Origin: Lingula anatina
Taxonomy: Eukaryota; Animalia; Brachiopoda
Reading direction: 5' to 3'
NCBI GenBank assembly: GCA_051362555.1
Contig: CM120641.1
Location: forward strand, 47,808,401 to 47,872,400
Length of the DNA: 64,000 nucleotides
Each line of letters opens with the position of its first letter. Position 1 is the first letter of the stretch. The position numbers were made by a program, and so were the translations under genes. This document shows positions 42,326 through 54,310 of this stretch, piece by piece. The notes under the pieces are model-generated. The model was not told the origin of the DNA. It did not search any database and saw nothing but the letters and a program-made list of their open reading frames with translations.

Positions 42326-43082
42326 ATATTGAAAGCCAAATGTGCAAAATTTTCGTAATTCATCAGTCACAAAACATAACTTATTGTCCTTTCGGAACAA
42401 TTTATACTTTCTTACCAATAGAAAAGCCTATATTGTCTGTAATGAGACTAATTTGACCTTAGCGTTTTTAAAGGGCCTGTCTTGTTTGTTTTTCCTACAG
42501 GAGTACTCGCTCGCTTTTCTTGCTTTCTTATGATAGTATCAGTCAAGGTAACAGGGGAGTAGGTTTCAATTTTACTGCTCCTATTGACTGGCTAACTTAC
42601 CACATTAATAAGAAAAGTTCCAGTCTTTATGTTCAAGTCGTGGCATATTGGCATAGAATATGAAATTAACGGACCCAAAGGTAATTCCTTTGGGATATTT
42701 GGAGTTCATAACACTCCCAATATTTGACACTCGCAAAAATCGGTATAGCATGCTATAGCATATCTAATTGTATTTTCCGGTCAGACCTTATGAGCAACAT
42801 TGCATGGACCGTAGGTCAGAACTGGCGCATTTTGTACTTTCTGACGAGTTCATCTTCACGGCGAACAAAGCGGGTGGACAGGCCAGAGCATGGAGTACAT
42901 CTTCCACTTCCTAGACCGCATTCAGAACGAGTTGATCTGCGAGTTTTATCCACTTTAAAGCGATGTTGCTAATTCCTTGATGGTCTCCCCGCCTCCACAC
43001 GCACCGCTGCTGCAGGAGGCAACCTCGGAGCCGATCTTTAATCAGTTTAATGGCGCGTGTGGACTCAGGGAGAAACCATCAG
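41945..43082 (+). pseudogene. Putative decayed three-exon gene fragment, family unidentified
   Basis: Exon-like blocks: ~41945-42124 (donor CAG|gttagg, phase 0), 42501-42547 (tttcctacag| ... AG|gtaaca, phase 0/2) and 42785-43082 (ccggtcag| ... CAG|gtaaaa). They join in consistent phase as ...PYSILAYPNLQ|EYSLAFLAFL**YQSR|PYEQHCMDRRSELAHFVLSDEFIFTANK... with in-frame stops and an apparent frameshift. Confidence 0.4.
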
Positions 43083-43286
43083 GTAAAAGGACGGCTTGCT
43101 TTTTAGTATGGTCGACCGTATTCAGTCGGCGGATCAGTTAGTACGCAGATCATCTGTTTTGTTTGCACTCTTATATGCTAGAGAATATTTGCATTTCCTC
43201 ACTGGACAGTCCACTTCAATAATGGTTTGGGGATAGATTGGGCTTTACGGAATTTGTGTGATAGGTGCCAAGCTTCCGATTAATTA

Positions 43287-43898
43287 AGTGTCAGTTGCGG
43301 TAGTTGATCTATAATTTATACGGAGCAATTGTGCCAGGAGTGATACTTCCCATAGTTCAAAGTGTCAATTGTGGTAGTTGATCTACAATTTATACGGAGC
43401 AATTGTGCCAGGAGTGATACTTCCCATAGTTCAAAGTGTCAATTGTGGTAGTTGATCTATAATTTATACGGAGCAATTGTGCCAGGAGTGATACTTCCCA
43501 TAGTTCAAAGTGTCAATTGTGGTAGTTGATCTACAATTTATACGGAGCAATTGTGCCAGGAGTGATACTTCCCATAGTTCAAAGTGTCAATTGTGGTAGT
43601 TGATCTATAATTTATACGGAGCAATTGTGCCAGGAGTGATACTTCCCATAGTTCAAAGTGTCAATTGTGGTAGTTGATCTACAATTTATACGGAGCAATT
43701 GTGCCAGGAGTGATACTTCCCATAGTTCAAAGTGTCAATTGTGGTAGTTGATCTATAATTTATACGGAGCAATTGTGACAGGAGTGATACTTCCCAAAGT
43801 TCAAAGTGTCAATTATGGTAGTTGATCTATAATTTATACGGAGCAATTGTGACAGGTGTGACACTTTCCATAGTTCAAAGTGTCAATTGTGGTAGTTG
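43287..43898. repeat. Tandem satellite, 74-bp unit, ~8.3 copies, with degenerate flanking units to ~44230
   Basis: agtgtcaattgtggtagttgatct recurs at 43361, 43435, 43509, 43583, 43657 and 43731, with a one-base variant at 43805. Confidence 0.95.
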
Positions 43899-44557
43899 GG
43901 TTGGACCGACTTGAGTAAATTACACGGAACTTCCCATATGTCAACGTATCCATTGCTGTAGTCGGCCTGGACTAACTAACGAAACGGATTAATTGCGATA
44001 GGTGTCCCAACGTTCAAAGAGTCAATACTGGAAGTGAGGATGGACCGACTTGCATAATTTATAAGGATCAGTTTAATACGATATATGCCATGCTTCCCAT
44101 AGTTCTAATTGTCAGTTGCGGTATTTGTGCTGGATTCATTTGTGTAATTGACACTATTGACAGGTGCCATCCTTCCAGTAGTTCAAATTGTCTGTTGTGG
44201 TAGTTAGGCTGGACTAAATTGTGTAATTAACAGAGACTAATAAACTAACAGACTAATAATTGGTGGCTTTTTAGTGACAGCTTTTTTCGCTTGGGGTGCG
44301 ACTTACAGGGGCAGAAGGCCAGCTGGTCAAAACTACATGTAGTTTAGGTCTGGGAGGTGAAGGAAAAGGCATAGATCTATAAAATGGTGCAAGAACTGAA
44401 AACTATGTTAAAGAGAATTTGGAGACAATGTCAGTGACAGAAGGAACAATTGATTTCTACAATTCCCTTTACGGGATCAAGAATTACCAAAACCACACAA
44501 TAAACTACAAGGGCGTACCTAGGTATACGCACGACTGCTTTTTTTTTTTTTTTTTTT

Positions 44558-44708
44558 TCCTAGGGAAGGAAGTCCGGGGTCCCATATTGGTACAGGTTAG
44601 GGTTAGTCAAAGTTTTGGTGTTAGTTTATGGGACGAATATCACCTGTACAAAGTACATGTAATAGGGAACGGACTACGGTTCCAGCGGAGTACCATTCTT
44701 GTCACAAC
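44558..44708. mobile_element. MITE, family D (partial copy)
   Basis: Shares cctagg...aagtccgggg and gcggagtaccattcttgtcaca with 47391-47555 and 60606-60764. Confidence 0.5.
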
Positions 44709-45781
44709 GCTTAGTACTAAGCGTCCTTTAGAAAACAAGGGCCGGATGATTATCGTTCTATTATTTCCATTAATATCAATCACTGGGTAATGTTCCATGA
44801 TATTGGGATGATGTAATTTAGGTAATTTGGTGCAAATGACTCAACAACTGCTGTACTGCTGTATTTTAATAACCATGTACAATGATAATCAAGAGGAAAA
44901 CCAAATGGCCCATGAAATAACCAAAGTTCTGAACTACATTCTCAAAAAGGAACTTTTCTCCCAGTCAACTTCGATAAAGGCACAGACTGGATTGGTATTG
45001 GGGAGGGGTCTGCCTGGGACTGCCTGGGGCTCAGTCTTATCAAAATAATCTTGTAACAGTTAACCCAGTCCTGCCAATGGGCTACAGTACAAGGCACTAT
45101 CTGGTAGTACAATGCTATCCCGAGTATGTCTGTCTATGTATGCCTGGAAACCGACTTTCTTTGAAAGTTTAGCCTCTTTAAAACAATTTTCAGTCTATGG
45201 CCCTTGCTTTGCTGAATGCTATGGTTCAACCAAGTTTTCGTGACGTTACCATGATTCCATCACGCTAGAGAAGGGGACGCTGGGTCAGTAGTTAGTAATA
45301 GTAGACTGTAAAAGCTGGAGACCAACCAGTATCTAACACCTGTGGACCGATACCTGGTAATTACAGCTGAAAATTGCTTCTGAAATCAACAAAATCAACC
45401 ATATTGATCATTACAGCACATAGGGGGAATACATATAGGAACAGCTGATCATAAACAATGAAGTAGATATCCACTTCCTTGAATACCGGCATATTGCGTT
45501 TTTATTTTTAATGATGTCTGTGTTAAAACATAAAGCTCCCAATGTTGCTGAACAAACAGAGTTTGAATCATAAAATGTTTTACCGCTCTTCTTGCAAAGA
45601 GAAGTTGAAAAGAAAAATATTCAATTAGTTAAAACTTTGAAGTTCCAAGCTCGCGGCGTGCCTTTTCTGCCTGTAATAATGTTCATTAAAAGTGCCCCCC
45701 CCCTTTCTGCAAAAGATGTTTTCCTATAGTAGAGGAAGTTTTTTCAAATGCTAGGACCCCCCCCCCCCCCCCCCCCCCCCC

Positions 45782-45948
45782 CAGGGGCGGCGGCTTGAGG
45801 TTGTCATCTGGGTCTTCGGGAAGACGGCCAGATGTTCAAGTTTACATTGACGGGTATCTATTTTTTTCGGTCGGGAGACTGTCAAAATTGAGATGGATCA
45901 ACTAAGATAATTTGGAAGACTGTCAGAAAACAACTTGGGATCCGCCCC
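45782..45948 (-). mobile_element. MITE-like repeat, family A (inverted)
   Basis: Reverse complement of 832-996; CAGGGGCGG...GGATCCGCCCC. Confidence 0.6.
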
Positions 45949-46282
45949 CCCCTCCCCCCCCCGTTCCAGGTCCCTTTATCGTAGAGACCCCATGCTAGCA
46001 CTTACGCAGAAACAAGTTTATATATTGGACAACAATGAGGAAACATGGGGGAAATGCCATTAACTAAACATGACTTTAAATTTTTCAATTTATACACATA
46101 CATTATACATGTACATCTGCCGACAAGTTTCACTGAAAGTTCTATAGGTCGCACAATGCAACGAGTCGATCGTATATTTCATATATACCGATTAAGGTAA
46201 TTTGCAGCGAAAATTGGACGGTTGCGTTAACGTCACATTTATTTAATTTTCTGACGGTAAATGGTAAATTGTGAGACAAGCA

Positions 46283-46371
46283 TATAAAAGACCAATAGTT
46301 CTGTTAACTGTTGCGGCTGAGGCGACGAGTTTATTTCATCGTGAAATCTGCGAAACAAACCAAAAGAACAA
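46283..46371 (+). promoter_or_regulatory. TATA box and probable non-coding first exon of the TIL gene
   Basis: TATAAAAG at 46283 and a donor A|gtaagc at 46372. The matching acceptor cctttttag lies immediately before the ATG at 47265. Confidence 0.5.
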
Positions 46372-47264
46372 GTAAGCAATCCACGTGAGTAGAAACAACG
46401 GACTCGAGCTGGTTGTGGACCAGCATTTAGATTTACTGTGGTGCTTCAATAACAGTTTGCCTCTGTCGTGTTTCACTATAGATAAATGTATAAACTAAAA
46501 TTGTTCTTGAATTTTATTTAATTTTAGTCTATTCCCCACATTTCGTCCAAAATCTCTTATCATTCTTTAAAACTAGCAAAGTCTCTGAACTGCCTTTTTG
46601 AAATAGGACTCTGTTTATGTCAAAGTGTGTGTGTGTGGGGGGGGGGGGGGAGGGGGGGAGAGAGACATGACCTGTCTCACATCTGGGACAGTGTTATAGT
46701 GAAAAGTTGTCACTAAACTGTTCACTAGACACTGCCACGTAACTTCAGTGAGACTGGTGAAGTCCCAAGTGTTGGGAAGAAAGCTCTCAGGTACGCTTTT
46801 AGCTTATTATTTGGTCGAGACTAGCGAAAAGGTACATATTTAAGTAGTTATTTCCATGAGATACGTAGTGAGAGGACATATGATTCATGGTACAGTAATG
46901 TCTCATTGCCTCAGTTTTACACCGTAAATGGAAAAATGCTGTAAGGTGGCGCATGTGTTTGACAAGTAGCTGAGAAAGACTGGTGTTCGGCTACCAGGTG
47001 GACGTACGAAAGGTGGAAGAATGGTATAACATGCTTGGGAAAGAGGATATGCCCGAGTCCTTCTCTGCTGAACACAGTGTGTGTTGCTGAGGGTGGTACA
47101 TGTATTATTTCCAACTGCTTTGGTAACCAGACAATAACTTATTAGTACCTTGGACATAAAAACGTTATTATGTCCAAGTTTGTACTATATACAGAATCTT
47201 TATCTATGGAATGATACCGTGACGTGGTATTTTGTATTCATTGTATTATTTGCACCTTTTTAGA

Positions 47265-47946
47265 ATGCGGGCCCTGTTGGTGATTTTACTAATTGCGGGT
47301 ATTGCAGCTTTCTCGGGATCGGTTCGTTACCCTCCAGCTGACAATGGAAGTATGCAAACAAGTTTTAATATTTAATATTCAAATATGCTGGTGTGACTGG
47401 AATGGTAGTCCTAGGAATGGAAGTCCGTGCTCCCATATGATTGGTACTGGTAAGGGTTAGTTGAATTATTGGGGTTAATGTATGGAACGAATAACACCTG
47501 TGCAAAGTACTGGGGAACGGACTAAGGCTCCTAGCGGACTTCATTCCTGTTACACCTGGTTCCATCCACTATTTTTGAATAAGAGACTTAAGCAGGCTGT
47601 CGATTGTAACACGCACGCACTCATTCTCGTTCAGACTTGTATCTCGTATTAGGCTAAGACCAATTTTCGGACTTAGATTCTTTTTAAACAGCGTCCATTA
47701 GTATTGCTGTGACTGTATGTGTTTGTTCATCTTACTCCGTTTTCCTTAGAGTGCCCCGGTGATCTGGTGATCCTGGAAGACCAATCAGAATGTGCCTGGA
47801 AGTGCCCGACCACGTGTACGTCACGTGACCCTCCGCCGTGCGTCAGGCTGTGCTGGCGAGGCTGCGTGTGTCCCAAGGATAAACCGATCCTACTGTCACC
47901 TGATCCCTGGACATGTGGAACCAGGGCGGATTGCAATGCTGCCTAG
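47265..47946 (+). CDS. Secreted TIL-domain (trypsin-inhibitor-like, 10-Cys) protease inhibitor, 93 aa
   Basis: Exon 47265-47349 encodes signal peptide MRALLVILLIAGIAAFSGSVRYPPADNG (donor gtatgc). Exon 47750-47946 encodes KCPGDLVILEDQSECAWKCPTTCTSRDPPPCVRLCWRGCVCPKDKPILLSPDPWTCGTRADCNAA*. It has the canonical TIL C-x3-C-x3-C...CxxxC-xxGCxC pattern. AATAAA at ~48008. Confidence 0.85.
47391..47555. mobile_element. MITE, family D, in the TIL gene intron
   Basis: TIRs GTGTGACTGGAATGGTAGTCC / GGACTTCATTCCTGTTACAC, flanked by CTG on both sides. Confidence 0.65.
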
Positions 47947-48754
47947 ACAACCGAGCCATGGTGCATAAATATGCGATAGAAGATTTTGAAAATAGAAAGG
48001 AGAAAGAAATAAAATCTAATTTGATTGAAAATAATGAAATGTCTTCAGAATTGTTTTTTGAAACTACTATATGTATATTCCCTAAAAAAACTTTCTGCTT
48101 TTTTTTTTACATTTTTATACATCCAACGGCTATAGATATAAACATTAAGTTTGTGGCGTAATATATGCTAACGAAAATGCGCATAACTTTGTTTTTTCCT
48201 GTTATTATTCCGAGAAAAATATAAAAGTGTCCTTTTAATATTAACAATTCAATTTTCCGTGTCAACAAAACGAGCAAACTGGACGAGGTCAGACGTCGTC
48301 ACAATATGGACACCGTCTATATTCGTTAGTTTATTAAGGAAGAGGCAATGAGTACAATGCAACGTTTGAACTACGCAGGCGTCATCGAGAAGGCTGTGCT
48401 GGCGGCAGGCTTCAAAAGCCTTTGTAAATGAATGTTGTACTACGCATAACAATGGAGGAGCTTTGCAACTGTCATTATTCAGTGAAGGGAGATACAGCAG
48501 TTGTCAACACTGAGAACGTACGTCTAAGTCACAAACCCCCGGTCTAGACTATGCATATAAAGTATTGTAGACAAGCATCTTAACAAATACAGCTTACAAC
48601 ATGTACACAAACAAGGAAAAGCACTTTGAGAAAACAGTAATTAGAGTCCAGTACTGTTGTAGAAAGAATCGGCTATAATTGAAGAAAACATTGTTGAAAA
48701 AACATTTCCAAATCCATCGACTTTTTTTTGAGGCTAAATCAATGTATATCGATC

Positions 48755-51700
48755 TTAGAAACCTCGCTCGCACACGAAGCCGTGAGCCACTCCACAAGCA
48801 CCTCTCGTCATTCTGAGGTTGTGTGCACCATCCAAGAAGACGCACCGACCGGTGTCAGGGTCCCCAGTGACGTCCACTTTCACAGAGTGTCCATCCCCCG
48901 CCCACATCAAAGTACCGCGTTCCATCAGGTCGTTGCCGCTGATCCACCATTTATCGATCCCTGAAAAAGAAAACCAGGCAATATTGAACTATCGTACCGA
49001 CTAGTATTTTATTTTTATGTGTATTTGTATATTTTTAGTAGAAAGATTTTCCATTTACTGTCTTACTAGACTTCATGTGTAAATATTGCATTATTTATAG
49101 AAATGTTTTTCCTTACCCAGTCAGTGAATAGCTGCAAAGCTAATGTTTCCTTTCAATTTATACCCGACATGAAATAAAATGTATTGTATTGTATTGTATT
49201 GTATTGAATTGAATTGTATTGTATTGTATTGTATTGCATTGCATTGCATTGCATTGCATTGCATTGCATTGTATTGTATTGTATCTTCAAACGTGCAGAA
49301 ACACAGCTGTGGTTTTGAATCCTCTGTTCTTAACTACTAGTAACAGTGTATTAGAAATTGGGGAATTGACCATGAGGCAGTGTACTACATACAGACTTAG
49401 TCAAAAAGGTTGCCCCACCTCTGATACTGTGCATTTTTGCTTAAAAATGATCACCTCACATTTGTAAACCAATTTGTACAGGATTTTTTTTTATTCCAGA
49501 TACCACATCTGACACGAATCATGGTACAGAATGCAAAATATCGGGGAAGATTTCCATATTTTTACCAGTTATTAAATTTAGAGCATACAACCCTTAAATC
49601 TCGGGAATCTGGTGTTCCACAATGATTTCCAGAGGTGAAAAAATGTCCATAAAATAAAAAAGACAACACCAAATGTACAAACAATGAGCATAAGCATGTG
49701 CTCGTTAAAAGCCACGTGTCTAATAGCGTGGATGTCTACTGCGTACTTCAATTATCTCCTGCGGTGCGCCATGCTTTCAGCAAGGGAAAGAATTCTGTGT
49801 TGTGGAAAATTGTCTCATTCTTCCAAAATAGCTTGGTGGGGATGGCTCAAATTTTGGGGGGATTGATTCTCCTCTGTATTGCACACATCAAGGTTCTCAG
49901 TAGGGTTAATGTAAGGGCTCAAAGATCGTTGCTTAATCCTCAGAACATTGCATATCTGCAAATCACTCACAGAAGAGAATTTTGAGCAAGTGCGTTGTCA
50001 CGATGAAGCCTGTATTATCCCTGAAGTCACCTCTTGCCAATGAGATGAACACAAACACATGGGATTTATGGTGGGAAAACCTTTTTGACCAAGTCTGTGA
50101 AGTCTTTGGTAATACTTTTAATAGGGAGTTTTAGTTATATACGCCCCCTCTAATATAAATGTCTTCAAAAGAAGCTAAACGAACTAAAGAAAAACAAAAG
50201 TTTATCAGTATTGATAATAGAATTTAGTTAAAAATATGTCCTGAACATAACAAGGATAATTCCCATGAGATGTTCATGAGATGATTACCTTGACCTCCTT
50301 TCAAAGTCAAGGTCACAATCAATTTAAGTATTTTTGAAAGAACATTCCTGCATCAGTATCAAGGTAAAATTTCAATACCTCGTGTGATTTAAGAGACAGA
50401 CACTGAAAGAAGTGCCCGCGTTAATCATCGTAAAATCTGCCTTAACCAGTGATTTTACTGTGTCTTTCCACATGTGGTCCACTTCATATGCACAGGAAGA
50501 AAGGTTTACCTGAGGAAGCGACACCACTGTCATGGAAGGGCTCGCCTTTGATGTAGTTGAATTCTTCCGCGGAATTCAGGGACGCCAGACGGGCCCCGTA
50601 AAGGCGGGCACACAGTCGGTCGGCGTCAGCCCAGCTCACTGTCTCAGCAACGAAAATGTAGCAGGATTTGAAGTCATCATTACGCACGAAACAACTGGGG
50701 CACGGGTTCACTGGAGAATAGCAGAATGGCTGATCTCTTCAATCTTGTCAAAACTTTTTACATACGGACGTACGCGCGCACGCACACGCATACACACACA
50801 CGTTTGCACACGCGTGCGCACATAAACTTGTTTGTGTACATGTTGTAGGCCTGACTGAAATCGCAATCTCGTTTACAAATAACCAAGATGGTCTGGATTA
50901 CTATAGAAATGTTCACCCTAGTATAAAAAGCCCATAATCTTTGCTGATATAATTATTTCATACCAATTATGCACAAGAAATTTATGAACATAAATCCGTT
51001 TACTATTTGGAATCATTGTGGTGCAATTTGATAAATCTAAAATGGTCACCAACTGTCAGAGAAATAGCTTTTAAATCTAAGATTGGCTTCAAAACTTAGT
51101 TTACCATTGCATCGGTGATCCAGTTCCCACAGCAGGTCCTTGGCGTTTTGTAAGTCGGCTATAGCCTCATCGATTGCCGCGTGCTGTTCTGCGAGAATCT
51201 GCATGCTCCTCTCATGAGGTGGACACTTTAAGTATTCGACTGCAACAGAAACGAAAGTTCCAAATTCGCAATAAAGTCACAAAAGAAGGGAATAATGTAA
51301 AATAATGGTGACATAAACTTGACCTCTCTTCCACTTTGAGTCTCTCAATCATTACCAGTAAAGCTAGGTGGGACGCGACGGAGAGTTTCACATGATAGAG
51401 AGTCCGGTTCCCGTTAATTTGCTCAGGTAAACCTCGTCCTACATTTTGACCCACTTACGTTTGGCTAACCCTAACCTGTATAATTAAAAGGAGTTTGGAC
51501 TGTCTGTGGCACGAACCCTCAGTTTCGACACACTTGCTTACCATTTTTACAAGCTGTCGCGATCAGTTCCTGTGTCTTGGAGATCAGATCATTGAAGTTC
51601 TTTGTGGTAAAAACGTAGCTGTCGAATGGTTCCGAGGCGATCAACTCAAGATTGTCTCTGAAACGACAATTAAATTCAACTCATTAAGGAATGATGGAAA

Positions 51701-54310
51701 GCAACGCTGCAAGTCGTACTGAAATGTAGTATTTTTGAAAAGATTTGTATTGTTCATGTGTATGGGGAATCACACACAAGTTGAAAACAGAAACAATGGT
51801 AATGAACAATAGCCCGCTTTCTTCAACCATCAAAATTTGCGACGAAGAACAGGTTTTGTATTTCTCTGGTGTGTCTGCCGAAAGTGATTCCCGGGATGAC
51901 CAAAACCATGTTAATACTAATCTGAGAGCTTTCTTTTCTATAATGGACAGCTGCAAATCAGACTGGTATGTCTGTGTTCCCGATTTAAGCGCCGTTTGAG
52001 TGTCATTTTCGGCTAATTACAAAATTTAAAATACACAGCAATGGTTGGAAAAACAAAATTGTTTCTTATTATAAGACAAATCTAGCCCTTTTCACATGAA
52101 AGCACGCCCAACACATAGGAATACTTTGACAGACTTTCAAAGATGATAACCTAATTTGTTAAGCCCCCTTTACACTGGACGGCGTCCTTTCTGCGTCCAG
52201 CAGTACGGCCCCATTTGAGAGTAAAAAAAATATAATACTTTACGTGCCGACAACTGGCCGATCATTGAGCATTCATTCTGATACAAAATCAATGCTTGCG
52301 CCTCCTTTTTAAGACCACAGCGTTGCCAAATTTCATGGTCGCAGAAAGGACGCAGAAAGGACGCCGTCCAGTGTAAAGGGGGTATTACCCATGCAGGACT
52401 GTGGACATGCAGACATAAAAGGATTTTGACTTTACCTTCGGATGGAGTTCCCGACCCCTATAGTCATGATCTGGATGCCGTCTGCCTTCAGTTTATCAGC
52501 GTTCGGAACCGTTAATTCTTTGTCAGAGTTTGGTTTTCCATCACTAATGAGAATCACCATCTTTGCGTCAGTCTCGGTTCTGGGGCTTGCATGGAAGACG
52601 CTATGAACGACTGCCAAGCCCCCCGAAGTGTTGGTTCTACCGCCCAACTCTGTCTTAAATGTTTTTTCACTCATCAGACCGATATGATCCAAAATGGCTT
52701 GCTTGTCTGTAATCGCAAAACAAAAAGACGAGTTAAATTTATACTTTTATAGAGCACATGCATTGTTTCTCTATGTTGGGTATGACAGATACTATAAGAT
52801 AAGATAAGGTAAGGGTTTAATTAAACGAACTGAAATTTCATATATAACGGAAATTTAATTGCTATTCGAGCTAAATGTATAAAGTTTCAAGATTACAATA
52901 TGGCTGCTAAAATTCGACATTTGTCGTTAAAATGAGAAACGGCAGATGTAATCGCAAAACAAAAAACAAACAAACAAAAAAAAATTTAGCCTCGCCACGA
53001 AGACTTCGGATACTTCGGATTACTGTGGTAAATATTGGACGATATCGAAGCGTACTTTTATAAAGCACATGCATTGTTTCTATGTATTGGGTATGTCAGA
53101 TACAATAAGACAAGATAAGATAAGGTAAGGATTTAATTAAACGAATTGAAAATTCATATATAACGTAAATTTAATTGATAATTGTGTTAAATGTATAAAG
53201 TTTTAAGATTACAATACGATTGCTAAAATTCGACATTTGTTGTTAAAATGAAAAACAGCGGATGTATAAAAACTCTTTAGAAAACGTTTAGTTCCTGTAT
53301 AAGTTTAAAAGTATAAATAAATAAGAAATTGTACAGACAATGAGCTGGGTGGGTACAGTCAAGCATTTTTTCTCTGATTTTTATTCTAATCTATCTGTGT
53401 AAATGACGTTTTAGTGATAAAAGTCACCAACTTTGAAACAAAATAGTAGCGAAAAAGTTTTGTTATTGTCACAAGAGCACCCTAAGTAAGGGGTCATTAA
53501 AACGTCTATAAACACAATGCACCATGGACGATGTTATTGATTACAGAACATTACATTATGTACTACATACAAACTTTTTAAAAAAAACTGCCGTGGAACA
53601 AGCTCCGATACAAACGAAGCGTTGATCAAAATCATGATTGCCAAGTTAAAATTTTGGGGGCACTCTACACATTTTCTTCATGTTATTTTAAATTTCTATT
53701 TAATTGTAACTTATAAAATACAGAATGGAACTACTTCTCACCTGAGAAGTCTGCCAAGCCCATATATTTAGTCGCCTTTACACTGAAGTAGACTAGACCA
53801 ATACGGGTGTGACCAGGCCCTATCTCGTACACATTCACAAAATCCTGAACAAAGCCGACCACCCGTCCATAGTTTTTGAAGCCCACGCTCTTGGAGGCGT
53901 CCAGCAAAAACACTAAGTCCACTGCGTCGTTTTCGCTGCAAATGACAAGTTCTCCTGGAAATGGTAGCCAAACGTGATAGGTGTGATCGAATCCAGCAAA
54001 CTCGACTTATGTTAAGTTTTAGATGAGCTGCCAAATGCTTATTCACTTTTGCATTATAAAGCCGATTGACGAAGGTCTGATAGTAATGATATAAAGTATT
54101 TCTTTTAATTGTCTCTATCAAAAAAGTCAGAATAATATGACGCATTAAAATGTCTTTTAATTCTAAAAATTAAAAAAACTTAGAACATCTTCAGCAAAGT
54201 TTGATAATTTATGAACATAATAAGTTACCTTTGACGCTTCTCGGTTCTGTTTTCTTTGCCAAAGCAAAGGCAGAGAAGAGAACTACCGTTAATACCCAGG
54301 ACATTCTCAT
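48755..54310 (-). CDS. Secreted VWA + coiled-coil + C-type lectin-like domain protein, paralogue 1 (407 aa, 7 exons)
   Basis: Exons: 54310-54229 (signal MRMSWVLTVVLFSAFALA), 53954-53742 (VDLVFLLDASKSVG, MIDAS DxSxS), 52706-52436 (TNTSGGL...ILISDGKPN...IMTIGVG), 51657-51542 (LELIASEP...TAC), 51239-51105 (helical neck), 50710-50510 (CPSCF...SCY...SWADADRLC...LASLNS), 48960-48755 (WWISGND...W...CVFLD...C...GFVCE). All introns GT-AG; total 1224 bp, open throughout. Confidence 0.9.
49180..49283. repeat. (TGTAT/TGCAT)n pentanucleotide microsatellite
   Basis: Directly visible. Confidence 0.9.
51735..52410. mobile_element. Dispersed repeat, family C (intronic), interrupted by a MITE
   Basis: Collinear with ~36540-37030. 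Confidence 0.6.
52162..52384. mobile_element. PIF/Harbinger (Tourist-like) MITE
   Basis: Perfect 35-bp inverted repeats CCCCCTTTACACTGGACGGCGTCCTTTCTGCGTCC (52164-52198 and 52348-52382). TTA duplication at 52159-52161 and 52385-52387. Confidence 0.8.
52709..53265. repeat. Local ~240-bp tandem duplication in the VWA gene intron
   Basis: gtaatcgcaaaacaaaaa...gcacatgcattgtttc...aaattcgacattt occurs twice (~52709-52948 and ~52948-53265). Confidence 0.7.

Noticed and set aside
43287-43898. 74-bp periodic array as CRISPR or a coding repeat
   Set aside because: There are no variable spacers, the unit length is not a multiple of 3, and there is no long ORF.
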